Shown here: piece after piece, positions 1 to 9,368 of the stretch
Position numbering within the stretch: position 1 is the stretch's first letter
Layout of the letters: each line of letters begins with the position of its first letter
From: a virus
Taxonomy: Duplodnaviria > Caudoviricetes
Virus record (IMG/VR): IMGVR_UViG_3300049828_000427
Location: 1-44,835 of that record
DNA: 44,835 nt
Strand: one strand, 5' to 3'
The notes under the pieces: model-generated
Databases searched by the model: none
What the model saw: only the letters and a program-made list of their open reading frames with translations
Told to the model about the DNA's origin: nothing
Position numbers and translations under genes: made by a program

Positions 1-127
1 ATACCACCAAAATGCTTTGATATATATAAATACAGTACTACACAGTGCTTAGGATATCGAGATCCACTTAGCGGAAAGTTAATATCAAAATGTAGGACAT
101 GTAAGTACCAAAAGGACTATGAAAAAA
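1..127. repeat. Terminal direct repeat, left copy (127 bp; circular-assembly overlap)
   Basis: 1-127 is identical to 44709-44835; 127 is a common assembler k-mer length. Confidence 0.95.
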
Positions 128-155
128 GAATGCAGCAACAAAAGGAGATAATAGG

Positions 156-410
156 ATGATGTTTGCTATTCTTGATTATATCTACAAAACCTTTAACAAA
201 AAATGCCCTTGCTGCAAGAAAAAATGTAAGAGACAAGACATGATTAATTGGTTTGGTTTTCATTGGGCATGTAGTAGTTGCTTATTCGGAGAGAAAAAAA
301 AGGAGAAACAAATGTCAAATAGGTTCGTGAATATTGTAGTTGCTACATTAACAATACTAGCGATAGAAATACTACTCTTAATATTAAGCACATCACAAGG
401 AGGAAAATAA
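156..410 (+). CDS. Hypothetical protein with N-terminal CxxC..CxxC zinc ribbon and C-terminal TM helix
   Basis: CPCC and CSSC motifs; hydrophobic C-terminus; coupled to neighbouring genes. Confidence 0.6.
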   Translation: MMFAILDYIYKTFNKKCPCCKKKCKRQDMINWFGFHWACSSCLFGEKKKEKQMSNRFVNIVVATLTILAIEILLLILSTSQGGK

Positions 411-411
411 A

Positions 412-627
412 ATGGTAAGAGCTAAGTTTACAGTTGATTCAATAACGGAGTTCATAACTGGTAAGAAAATAAGCTTACTTCCTGTAGTTTGTGGAAGTGA
501 AGAGAACGAGGCTTTCTTTAGATATACACCTTCAGGTAAGATAGAGATGCAGACACTAAACGAAGAGGCAGCTAAACAGTTTGAAGTAGGAAAGAACTAT
601 TATGTGGACTTTACATTGGTAGAATAA
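412..627 (+). CDS. Conserved phage hypothetical protein
   Basis: AGGAGG RBS; VRAKF...ENxxFFxxTPSG...FEVGKxYYVDFT pattern typical of small phage proteins. Confidence 0.75.
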   Translation: MVRAKFTVDSITEFITGKKISLLPVVCGSEENEAFFRYTPSGKIEMQTLNEEAAKQFEVGKNYYVDFTLVE

Positions 628-628
628 T

Positions 629-2026
629 ATGCTTACTATTATTAAAGAAAAGGTAGCCCAATTTAAGTTCCAACCCTTTAGTATAAAGCAAAAGAAGATA
701 CTAACTTGGTGGGTCCCTCCTAAGTATGATAAGGATGGCAAACTAGTTGACAAAGGCTCTCCATTTTATGACAAAGACGCTCTGATATGTGACGGAGCGG
801 TTCGTAGCGGAAAGACCATTATAATGTCCTTCTCGTTTGTAAACTGGGCTATGTCAGAATATAATGGAGCGAAATTTGGTATGGCTGGAAAAACTATTGG
901 TAGCTTTAGAAGGAATGTATTGTTTACTTTAAAGATAATACTTAAACTAAGAGGCTATTTAATAAGGGAACATAGAGATGAGAACTATATTGAAATAAAG
1001 AAGTACAATAAGGAAACAGATAGTTGGACAATTAATTACTTTTATATATTTGGTGGTAAAGATGAGAGGAGCCAAGATTTAGTACAAGGTTTTACAAGTG
1101 CTGGCTTCTTCTTTGATGAAGTAGCTCTAATGCCAGAATCATTTGTTAATCAAGCGGTAGCTAGGTGTTCAGTAGAAGGTAGAAAGTTCTGGTTTAATTG
1201 TAATCCTGAAGGACCATTCCATTGGTTCAAACTAGAATGGATAGATAAACTAATAGAAAAGAATGCTCTAAGACTACACTTTGAACTAGAGGATAATCCT
1301 AGCTTAAGTGCTAAAATGATAGAGAGCTATAAAAGGATGTTTAGCGGTATATTCTACCAGAGGTTTATCTTAGGCCTTTGGGTACTAGCTGAAGGAATAA
1401 TCTACTCAATGTTTCAAAAACATATGGTTATCGAAAAAGTAGCCCCTACAGTTTCTATACTTAAAAAATGGATAGGAATAGATTATGGACAATCTAATGC
1501 TACTGTTTTCTTACTTTGTGGTTTAGGAAGTGATGGTAAACTATACATCTTATCTGAATACTACCATGAAGGAAAGAAGGAGTACATTCAAAAGTCTCCT
1601 AGTAAGTATAGTAAAGATTACTTTAAATGGAAGATAGCTAATGGAGTAGAAGGAATACCTGTAAGAACAGAATATGTCTTTATTGACCCTTCCGCTAAAG
1701 GCTTCATGCTTCAATTACATGAAGATGGTGAAAGGCAAGTAAGGCAGGCTAACAATGAAGTACTAAGAGGAATAGAATTAGTTAGTAGTCTAATAGATAA
1801 TGATATGATAAGAGTACTATCTAGCTGTAAGAATACACTCAGTGAGTTTAGCTCTTATAGATGGTGCCCAAAGGGACAAGAAAGAGGAGTAGACACTCCA
1901 ATAAAACAGCATGACCATGCAATGGATGCCCTAAGATATGTAGTAAATGGCACAAGATTAATATGGCAAAAACGACTTATAGAAAAGACAAAAGAGATAG
2001 AACAAAAACTACCAAGGGCCAACTAG
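629..2026 (+). CDS. terL: Terminase large subunit (PBSX-type)
   Basis: Walker A DGAVRSGKT, Walker B FFFDEVAL, NCNPEGP, nuclease GIDYGQSNAT and DHAMDALRY. Confidence 0.95.
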   Translation: MLTIIKEKVAQFKFQPFSIKQKKILTWWVPPKYDKDGKLVDKGSPFYDKDALICDGAVRSGKTIIMSFSFVNWAMSEYNGAKFGMAGKTIGSFRRNVLFTLKIILKLRGYLIREHRDENYIEIKKYNKETDSWTINYFYIFGGKDERSQDLVQGFTSAGFFFDEVALMPESFVNQAVARCSVEGRKFWFNCNPEGPFHWFKLEWIDKLIEKNALRLHFELEDNPSLSAKMIESYKRMFSGIFYQRFILGLWVLAEGIIYSMFQKHMVIEKVAPTVSILKKWIGIDYGQSNATVFLLCGLGSDGKLYILSEYYHEGKKEYIQKSPSKYSKDYFKWKIANGVEGIPVRTEYVFIDPSAKGFMLQLHEDGERQVRQANNEVLRGIELVSSLIDNDMIRVLSSCKNTLSEFSSYRWCPKGQERGVDTPIKQHDHAMDALRYVVNGTRLIWQKRLIEKTKEIEQKLPRAN

Positions 2027-2035
2027 GAGGATAAT

Positions 2036-2080
2036 ATGGGATGTAAAAAGAAGGGAACGAAGGGTGGCGGAAAGAAATAA
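2036..2080 (+). CDS. 14-aa basic micropeptide MGCKKKGTKGGGKK
   Basis: Strong AGGAGG RBS just upstream of ATG 2036; fills the gap between terL and the next gene's RBS. Confidence 0.5.
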   Translation: MGCKKKGTKGGGKK

Positions 2081-2098
2081 CAAAGGAGGTGTACAATC

Positions 2099-3091
2099 AT
2101 GCCAGACAAATCTTTGTATGAAAACAGAATAGAGTTAGTTGATATGCTGCTAACTAAAATACCCAATATAGAAACTATAGTAGAGGAATTACACTTTGAT
2201 GTAGACCCAGATAATTCAAATACTACTGTTTTGGTAGAGGGTATAAAAGCAGTAACTGACTTACTACCTGACGGTGGAGCTTTAACAAGTATAGCTAAGG
2301 AAGCAACACTAGGAACACCAACAGATACAGACCTTGCTACAGATATTGCTAATGTACAAAGTGTAGTAGATGCTATTACTTTAAAAACAGTAAACATCCC
2401 TACTGACCCAGCTACTGAGACAACATTGGCGGAAATAGAAGGAATGCTAGATGTTATTGACACAGAGACTGATAAGATAGCCAGTATTAAGTCAAAAACA
2501 GATAACCTTCCAGCTGACACTGCCGCAGTACTAAATTCAATAATTGGATACATTGATACAGAGATATCGGCAATAAAAACAAAAACCGATAACTTGCCTA
2601 CAAATACGGCTACTGAGTTAACAAGTATCCTAGAAGAAGCAACCGAAGGAGTTGACCATTTCCATAATAAAGAAAGATGGTATGGTAAAAAGACAGGAAA
2701 CAATGAAACAAATGCAATTGATAATATACTCACTCCTTTCAGGGTAACAAGTGGAACTGGAGGCTATGGAACTGGAGTTTGTGTATTAGGAACGGCAGAT
2801 GTACCAGTAACAGGAAAGACAAAGTTTGACTTACATAGGCTACTATGTACTAACTTCCAGAAACAAGAGCTAGCTAAAATAAGACTAGCTTGGGGAAGTA
2901 CTACAGAGGCAGATGCTATTACAGCAGGTGACTATTCTACAGTAATGGTTAATCCTCAATCACTAGCAAGGGAAACAGAATTAGATATAAGAATGCCACA
3001 GCTAGCAAATGGTACAAAAGTTTGGGTAAATTTCTGGTCAGTAACAAATGCACAGTGGGTAGACTTCTTTATTGGAGTACATGGCTATTAA
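2099..3091 (+). CDS. Putative virion fibre/structural protein with helical repeats
   Basis: AAGGAGG RBS; repeated IKSKTDNLPADTA / IKTKTDNLPTNTA; globular C-terminal domain. Confidence 0.6.
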   Translation: MPDKSLYENRIELVDMLLTKIPNIETIVEELHFDVDPDNSNTTVLVEGIKAVTDLLPDGGALTSIAKEATLGTPTDTDLATDIANVQSVVDAITLKTVNIPTDPATETTLAEIEGMLDVIDTETDKIASIKSKTDNLPADTAAVLNSIIGYIDTEISAIKTKTDNLPTNTATELTSILEEATEGVDHFHNKERWYGKKTGNNETNAIDNILTPFRVTSGTGGYGTGVCVLGTADVPVTGKTKFDLHRLLCTNFQKQELAKIRLAWGSTTEADAITAGDYSTVMVNPQSLARETELDIRMPQLANGTKVWVNFWSVTNAQWVDFFIGVHGY

Positions 3092-3122
3092 TAAATCATA
3101 TTATATAAGGAGGAATTAGAAT

Positions 3123-3590
3123 ATGGCTGCTTATACAGTTGCAATGAAATGGTTTGGAAAAGGCTTAGAAGCTTTGGCTAAAAAGTTAGTTGACTTATCA
3201 TCAGATACTATCAAGGTTGCGTTAACTACATCAGCTTGGACACCTGACCAAGATGCACACGACTTTTTCAATGATGTAACGAATGAAGTCTCTGCTACAG
3301 GATACACAGCAGGCGGAGCAACTCTAGCAAACAAAGCACTTACTTATACTGGCGGAACAAATGTTCTCAAGCTTGATGCAGATGATGTTGTTTTGAACAT
3401 CACAGGTTCACTGACAGCTAGGAATGTTGTATTATACGATGCAACTCCAGGGACTGCAGGTACAAATCCTTTGCTTGGTTATGGTGTTTTCTTAGTTGAT
3501 GGGACTCCTGGAGACATCACTGTAACAGATGGTTCATTTACGATTGCATGGGATTCAAACGGTATACTCAAACTAACAGCAGGAACATGA
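3123..3590 (+). CDS. Putative structural (fibre-associated) protein
   Basis: DLSSDTIKVAL...NEVSATGYTAGGATL...ARNVVLYD pattern recognised from phage virion proteins. Confidence 0.7.
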   Translation: MAAYTVAMKWFGKGLEALAKKLVDLSSDTIKVALTTSAWTPDQDAHDFFNDVTNEVSATGYTAGGATLANKALTYTGGTNVLKLDADDVVLNITGSLTARNVVLYDATPGTAGTNPLLGYGVFLVDGTPGDITVTDGSFTIAWDSNGILKLTAGT

Positions 3591-3605
3591 TAAGGAGGCG
3601 ATGAA

Positions 3606-5129
3606 ATGCCTTCAACAACTCTAGATTCGAACAATAAAGCGTCTAGCATAACTCTATCAAACAGTGACTTAACTTGTACTTCTTCAAGCAATGATAATAA
3701 GAGCGTTCGCTCAACAACTTCAAAAAGTTCTGGGAAAAAGTATATTGAGGTCACGATTACGGATGCATATAACGGCGGGCTATTCATGCTTGGCTTCGGC
3801 AGTGCTTCGCAATCAGTAGACCCGGGGATTGGGTTTGATGGGACAGACGGGGTGGCTTTTCACGTTAATAGCACAGCATATTGGTTTACCGATTCGGGGA
3901 ATACGATTTATTCGTCGTTTTCTTATGGTGATACCTTCGATGACGGAGACATCCTTTCGGTAATTGTTGATTTTGATAACGACACAATTAGCTTTAAGCG
4001 CAATGACAACTTCATCTATCAAAATATCGATGCCCACTTAGATTCATTCACTGATAGATATTTCTTTTGTTCACCAAACCGTGATACACTAACTATTAAC
4101 TTCGGTGCATCATCTTTCAACTACACCCCTCCGTCTGGTTACTCTGCTTGGGATGTTGATTCTTCAGCAGTAAGTGCATCGGTAACAGGCACTGTAGGAA
4201 ATGCAGATGCAGAAGGTTTAACGGCTAATGTAAGTCTAAATTACAGTGTTAGTGTATCAGGAACTGTTGGGGACGCCACAGCAGATGGATTGACTGCAAA
4301 CATTACATCCCAAAACAATGCTACAGTTACCGGAACAGTAGGTAACACAGATGCCCAAGGCTTAACAGCAAATATTAGTTTGGTTATGGGGGTAGCAGTT
4401 TTAGGCAGTGTAGGAAATGCAGACGGTCAAGGCTTAACGGCTACAATAACAGCCCAAAGAAATGCTACTATAGATTCTGTTGTAGGGAATAGTGATGCCC
4501 AAGGTTTAACTGCCGGAATAAATGTAGGAAACAGTATCACTGTTACAACTACAATTGGTGATTGTGAAGCCCTAGGTCTAACGGCAACCATAACAGCAGA
4601 TAAAAATGTAGTAGTTACAAGTACAGTTGGTAATTCAGATGCAGAAGGCCTCACGGCAAATATAAGTGCAACACTGAGTGCAAACATTGAGGCCGTATCT
4701 GCAGAAGGAGCATGTAGTGGTCTAACGGCAAGGATTATTGTAACGACAACTACAGATAGTTCCTTTATAAGATATACTTTCACTATCCCAGAAAGAACCA
4801 CAGTATTCTATATAGACAGAGAGGGGAGTGGTCCAATGTGCACCCATAAGTTTTCAAAATCAGAATTAGAAAAGTTTCCAATAAGTATAGTTGCATCAAC
4901 AGTTCTTGGTGACACAGACTCTATCGCCTCAGTAGCAACACAAGTCTTTGATGCAGACACAGATGTAACAAGTGACATTATAGCTTCACAAAGTTTTGAC
5001 AGCAATTCCTGTACCCTTGTTGTTGATAAAGGTGAGGCAGGTAAGATGTACAGAATTAAAGTAGCATTAACAACCATACTATCATACATTTACACAACCG
5101 AGGCAATTATGATAGTCAGAGAAAGTTAG
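3606..5129 (+). CDS. SPRY/B30.2-like domain + about 8 x 24-aa repeats + C-terminal adaptor-like domain; putative fibre/receptor-binding protein
   Basis: ITLSNSDLT..SVRST..KSSGKKYIEV..GDILSVIVDFDN..INFG is SPRY-like; repeats TVGNxDAxGLTAxI. Confidence 0.7.
   Translation: MPSTTLDSNNKASSITLSNSDLTCTSSSNDNKSVRSTTSKSSGKKYIEVTITDAYNGGLFMLGFGSASQSVDPGIGFDGTDGVAFHVNSTAYWFTDSGNTIYSSFSYGDTFDDGDILSVIVDFDNDTISFKRNDNFIYQNIDAHLDSFTDRYFFCSPNRDTLTINFGASSFNYTPPSGYSAWDVDSSAVSASVTGTVGNADAEGLTANVSLNYSVSVSGTVGDATADGLTANITSQNNATVTGTVGNTDAQGLTANISLVMGVAVLGSVGNADGQGLTATITAQRNATIDSVVGNSDAQGLTAGINVGNSITVTTTIGDCEALGLTATITADKNVVVTSTVGNSDAEGLTANISATLSANIEAVSAEGACSGLTARIIVTTTTDSSFIRYTFTIPERTTVFYIDREGSGPMCTHKFSKSELEKFPISIVASTVLGDTDSIASVATQVFDADTDVTSDIIASQSFDSNSCTLVVDKGEAGKMYRIKVALTTILSYIYTTEAIMIVRES
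4170..4740 (+). repeat. About 72-bp degenerate coding tandem repeat (about 8 copies)
   Basis: Units such as SVTGTVGNADAEGLTANVS with a 24-aa period. Confidence 0.8.
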
Positions 5130-5138
5130 AGGTGACAT

Positions 5139-6644
5139 ATGATAATAAAAGAGAACATGCCATGGCCACCTACAAGTTTGTTAGAGTATAAAATGAGAGA
5201 GCACTCAGCTTGGTATAGTGGAAGTAGTGAACTGTTAGCAAACTTCTATACGGAGTATGTTACACAAAACTACATGCAACTACCATATACAATGACAAAC
5301 AACGAGATGTTCTGGAGTAGGCAAATAAAAAACAAAGGCGAGATATTTGTACATGTTCCAGTTGCAGGTGATATAGCGGAGACAAGTGCAAACTTCCTTT
5401 TCTCAGAGGCCCCTTTAATCAAGATAACAGAGGCCAATACGCTAAATGGAGGAAGCAGCTACAAAAAAGCACAAGAGGAACTGGATACACTTCTAGTAGA
5501 AACAGGCTTTCATAGAAAGCTATTAGAAGGGGCGGAAAGTGCCAGTGCGATTTGTGGTGTTTACTTAAAAATAGCATGGGATGAGGAGCTAAGTGAGTAC
5601 CCAATTCCGGTAGTTGTACAGGCAGATAAAGCAATTCCTGAGTTTGTGTTTGGCATTCTTACAGCGGTCACATTCTGGAAAGTAGTAGATATAGATGAGA
5701 CTGGCAATAAGGTGTTAAGACTCTTGGAAAGATACGAAAGAGGCTACATAAGGTACTCTCTATGGCTAGGGACAGGGGACAAGCTAGGGTCTGAAATAGA
5801 CTTAAACTCACATCCTGAAACAGCCGATTTAGAGCAGGTAGTTGAAACAGGAATTGATGATATTTTAGCGGTATATGTACCCAATATGCTACCAAACAGA
5901 TTGGACAGAAATAGCTACTTAGGAAGGTCTGATTATTTAGGCATTGAAGGTTTGATGGACAGTTTAGATGAAACGTTTACAAACTGGATGAGAGAAATAG
6001 TATTAGCACAGCCTAAAATCATGATACCTGAAAGCTTTTTGACCAACGAAGATGGCAAGCAAAGGTACAATATAGACCAAATGTTGTATGTTAAACTAGA
6101 TATGGACCCTACAATTGAAGGCCAGAAGATAACGACTGCCCAATTTGAGATAAGGGCGGACCAGTTTGAGAAAACTGTTCTAAACTTACTTGAAAGGATA
6201 GTCACATCTGCTGGTTACAGCCCACAGAGTTTTGGCTTAAACATTCAAGGCAGGGCGGAAAGCGGTACAGCCCTAAGCATGAGGGAAAGAAAAAGCTTTG
6301 CAACTAGAAACAAAAAACAATCATATTGGCAACCAGCAATCAAGAAGCTAGTTCAAAATATGATTCTAGTGTACAACATAAAGCTAGGCGGAAACATTGA
6401 ACCGAATGTAACAATAAACGTGGCCTTCAGTGATGGCATAACTAATGACATGAATGAGATCTCAAGTTCAGTCAAAATGATAAGTGATGCCATTGCGGCA
6501 AGTACGGAAACAAAGGTCAGGTTATTACATCCTGATTGGAGTGAAAAACAAATAGCAGATGAAACAACCAGAATAAAGGACGAAAACGGATTGATGGCCA
6601 TGGAGAATCCAGATAGTACAAATCCAATGGACAATAACATTTAA
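5139..6644 (+). CDS. Portal protein (A118/SPP1-like)
   Basis: 501 aa; LGRSDY..LMDSLD, AGYSPQSFG..SGTA, FSDG motifs; position before the minor head gene. Confidence 0.9.
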   Translation: MIIKENMPWPPTSLLEYKMREHSAWYSGSSELLANFYTEYVTQNYMQLPYTMTNNEMFWSRQIKNKGEIFVHVPVAGDIAETSANFLFSEAPLIKITEANTLNGGSSYKKAQEELDTLLVETGFHRKLLEGAESASAICGVYLKIAWDEELSEYPIPVVVQADKAIPEFVFGILTAVTFWKVVDIDETGNKVLRLLERYERGYIRYSLWLGTGDKLGSEIDLNSHPETADLEQVVETGIDDILAVYVPNMLPNRLDRNSYLGRSDYLGIEGLMDSLDETFTNWMREIVLAQPKIMIPESFLTNEDGKQRYNIDQMLYVKLDMDPTIEGQKITTAQFEIRADQFEKTVLNLLERIVTSAGYSPQSFGLNIQGRAESGTALSMRERKSFATRNKKQSYWQPAIKKLVQNMILVYNIKLGGNIEPNVTINVAFSDGITNDMNEISSSVKMISDAIAASTETKVRLLHPDWSEKQIADETTRIKDENGLMAMENPDSTNPMDNNI

Positions 6645-6653
6645 TCAAAGGAG

Positions 6654-8540
6654 GTGAGAACGGTGTCAATATCAACTAGTATAAATTCTTTGTTGGCGGA
6701 CCAAATGTTTGCAATCTACTCACATGCTGAATCTTTAATGTTAGAAAGGGTAAGGCGTAGGGTAGAAAAAGGAATACTAACAAATGGATGGACAGAAAAG
6801 AAAGCCAAAGAAGTAGTTGCCATTAGAGAAGAATTAAGTAAGCTAGTGAATGATGTTAATAAGTTAGCAGCTAAAGAGGTATCTCAGGCAATAAAACAGG
6901 CTTATGAAAGCGGTGTCAAATCAGCCAACAAAGACTTTAAACTTCCTGAGACCGTTCTCACCGATTATCAAATTCCTGCTTCGGTCCAGAGATTAACAAT
7001 GGAAGCAAACATGATGATAGTCAATACCTCGGTATCAATCCTAAGGGAGGCAACCGATGTTTTTAGGAAAATACAGGCCGAGGTTGCAACCGGAGTACTA
7101 ACTGGAACAGAAACAAGGAAACAGATAGCCCAAAGGATGCTCAATAAGTTTGCAGATAAAGGTGTTACTAGTTTTGTAGATAAGGCAGGCAGAAGATGGG
7201 AAATGGCAACCTATGCCGAGATGGCTACAAGAACAGTAACAGCAAGGGCTGCAATTCAAGGCCATATTGATAGGCAAGGGCAATACGGAAGGGATTTAGT
7301 AGTAGTATCCGACCATGCTGGAGAATGCCCTCTCTGTAGGCCATGGGAAAACAAAATATTAAGTATTTCAGGCACCGATATAAGATACCCATCTTTATCT
7401 TCGGCTACCTCACAAGGCCTTTTTCATCCCAACTGTAGGCATACGGTAACTGGATACATAGAGGGGCTGACAAGGCTGGAGCCAACAAGAACAAGTGGAG
7501 TACCAGAACAATTTGAGTATACACAACAACAAAGGGCAAATGAGAGGCAAATTAGAAGGTGGAAAAGAAGGGAAATAGTAGCAATGGGAACACCAGATGC
7601 CATGCTAGCTAGGGCCCAAATACAATTTTACCAACAAAAACAAAGGGATTTGTTAAAAGAATATGAAGCTAAGTTTGATATGACCCTCAGGCGGAAATAC
7701 GATAGGGAAAGCATAAACAACAGGGCAGGGAAACTAGGTACAAGTACAGGGCCGGCTTGGACTGATATACTTCCAAAAACAATTCCACAAGCGGAACCAG
7801 TGAAGGAAAGGAAGCCAAGGGTAAAGAAAGAGAAAGTAGAAGAGCCAATTGACATTACAAAATACAAGAACTATACTAAACAAATAAAATCATATTCCAA
7901 CAGTAATTTGAACAAAATAAAAGATGTAGCTATCCATACAAACTTTATAAATGGGCTGAATGACAATCAAAAGCATGCCATAAGGAGATATACAGGGCAG
8001 TCCTATGAAAGAATAAACAAATGGCTAAGAAAAGGCATACGTGAGGATTCAAGTGATAATACTCTTGATTTAATATCAGATCTAAGTAAAGCCCTGAAAA
8101 AGAGCCCAGAGCTAAGTGAAAACTTTATTATGAGAAGACATGACAAGCTGACAACTATAAAACATTTATTTGGAGAAAAAGCAGGAGCTTTAGCAGAAGG
8201 AGCTCTAAATAATGCTGATGACTTGATTAATTTAAGAAAAATGTTAGGAAACGCTACTTTACAAGACAAAGCCTTTTCTAGTACTTCTTATATCGAAGGA
8301 GTCTTTGTTAGAGATTACGGAGTGGAGATAAGATATTTATTGCCAAAAGGGTACAAAGAAGGACTGTTTGTAGAGAACCACAGTTTTAACAGAAAGGAAC
8401 TAGAATATATAATAAACAAAGACAAAGAGTTTAGAGTGATAGATGTACAAGTGGAGGAAGTAAGGGAACACAGATATGAAAAGGGTGGCAATAACAGATC
8501 TACTTCAACGAATATTGTAATTACAGTTGTTCCAAAATAA
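6654..8540 (+). CDS. MuF-type minor capsid protein fused to a C-terminal VIP2-like ADP-ribosyltransferase (start probably GTG 6663)
   Basis: N-terminal minor-capsid motifs FVDKAGRRW..YAEMATRT, CPLCRPWE, GLFHPNCRH; C-terminal YT..Y..IN.WLR, R..DKAFSSTS..ELE (R-STS-ExE). Confidence 0.9.
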   Translation: MRTVSISTSINSLLADQMFAIYSHAESLMLERVRRRVEKGILTNGWTEKKAKEVVAIREELSKLVNDVNKLAAKEVSQAIKQAYESGVKSANKDFKLPETVLTDYQIPASVQRLTMEANMMIVNTSVSILREATDVFRKIQAEVATGVLTGTETRKQIAQRMLNKFADKGVTSFVDKAGRRWEMATYAEMATRTVTARAAIQGHIDRQGQYGRDLVVVSDHAGECPLCRPWENKILSISGTDIRYPSLSSATSQGLFHPNCRHTVTGYIEGLTRLEPTRTSGVPEQFEYTQQQRANERQIRRWKRREIVAMGTPDAMLARAQIQFYQQKQRDLLKEYEAKFDMTLRRKYDRESINNRAGKLGTSTGPAWTDILPKTIPQAEPVKERKPRVKKEKVEEPIDITKYKNYTKQIKSYSNSNLNKIKDVAIHTNFINGLNDNQKHAIRRYTGQSYERINKWLRKGIREDSSDNTLDLISDLSKALKKSPELSENFIMRRHDKLTTIKHLFGEKAGALAEGALNNADDLINLRKMLGNATLQDKAFSSTSYIEGVFVRDYGVEIRYLLPKGYKEGLFVENHSFNRKELEYIINKDKEFRVIDVQVEEVREHRYEKGGNNRSTSTNIVITVVPK

Positions 8541-8543
8541 TAG

Positions 8544-8572
8544 TGTACAAACCAAAGCGAAGGTGATAAAAT
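8544..8572 (+). promoter_or_regulatory. Sigma-A-like promoter TGTACA-17-TAAAAT with TGn extension
   Basis: -35 at 8544-8549, -10 at 8567-8572; same architecture as six other sites. Confidence 0.65.
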
Positions 8573-8603
8573 AAAATTAAGTAAATATAGGAGGTGAATT
8601 TTC

Positions 8604-8774
8604 ATGTCTAGAGAAAAGACTCAGGAATGGGAAGAGGGCGATGTAAATGTTACTCTATCCCAGTGTAGTGATTGTAAAAATAATGAGGACATAAATGCTT
8701 GTAAAATATTTGTAGGTAAGCCGACAAAGTATGCAATAAACGTAGTCACATGTCCAAAGAAGGAGAAAGTTTAG
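8604..8774 (+). CDS. 56-aa Cys-rich protein; candidate immunity protein for the ART domain
   Basis: AGGAGGTG RBS; MSREKTQEWEEGDVNVTLSQCSDCKNNEDINACKIFVGKPTKYAINVVTCPKKEKV; below the ORF-track cut-off; immunity role inferred from position only. Confidence 0.7.
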   Translation: MSREKTQEWEEGDVNVTLSQCSDCKNNEDINACKIFVGKPTKYAINVVTCPKKEKV

Positions 8775-8892
8775 CTGTTATTGTACTTTTTGTTGTTTTT
8801 AGCAGCACTGGTGGTAATAAAAGCAGATTATGATAGGTCAAAAAAGTAAATCAGAAAAGGTGTGCCGTATTTCCCTTGCATTTCCCAAGAAT

Positions 8893-8921
8893 TGTACATC
8901 CTCCTAGCAATGTGATAAAAT
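8893..8921 (+). promoter_or_regulatory. Promoter TGTACA-17-TAAAAT (TGn)
   Basis: -35 at 8893-8898, -10 at 8916-8921, upstream of the 8952 ORF. Confidence 0.65.
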
Positions 8922-8951
8922 AACTACATTATTACTAAAGGAGGAATTTAG

Positions 8952-9290
8952 ATGCAAATGGATTACTTAGTTGAGATCCTCGAAAACAACATTGAGGCAT
9001 TGAAACAAAGCAGGGAAAGTATGGAAGAAAAAATCAAAACAATAATTACGGACTACATGGATGGCTTACTAGGGGGTAAAGAAGCCACAACCTACGGAGA
9101 GCTACGAGATAAGGCCTTCAAGTTATCGAATATGACGGCCACATTAGAAACCATTCACCATACTTTGAATGTCAAGAAGAAGGAGCTGGATGGCCTAAGA
9201 AGGAACCTAGTACACTTTGTAAATGAGGCAAATGAGAAAATAGCCGAAAGAACACAACTTTTTGTAACAAGTGAGGAAATTATTTTATAA
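8952..9290 (+). CDS. Hypothetical coiled-coil protein
   Basis: GGAGG RBS, own promoter, heptad-like sequence. Confidence 0.75.
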   Translation: MQMDYLVEILENNIEALKQSRESMEEKIKTIITDYMDGLLGGKEATTYGELRDKAFKLSNMTATLETIHHTLNVKKKELDGLRRNLVHFVNEANEKIAERTQLFVTSEEIIL

Positions 9291-9296
9291 AAGGGG

Positions 9297-9325
9297 TGTA
9301 CAAAGTTCTTAGTATTTAGTATAAT
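9297..9325 (+). promoter_or_regulatory. Promoter TGTACA-17-TATAAT
   Basis: -35 at 9297-9302, -10 at 9320-9325. Confidence 0.75.
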
Positions 9326-9368
9326 AGTACTATAAGGTTAAACAATTAGTTGCTAGGAGGCAAACAAG

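Noticed and set aside
1-127. Terminal repeat as a biological direct terminal repeat
   Set aside because: Its length equals a standard assembler k-mer and it falls inside an ORF; most likely an assembly overlap
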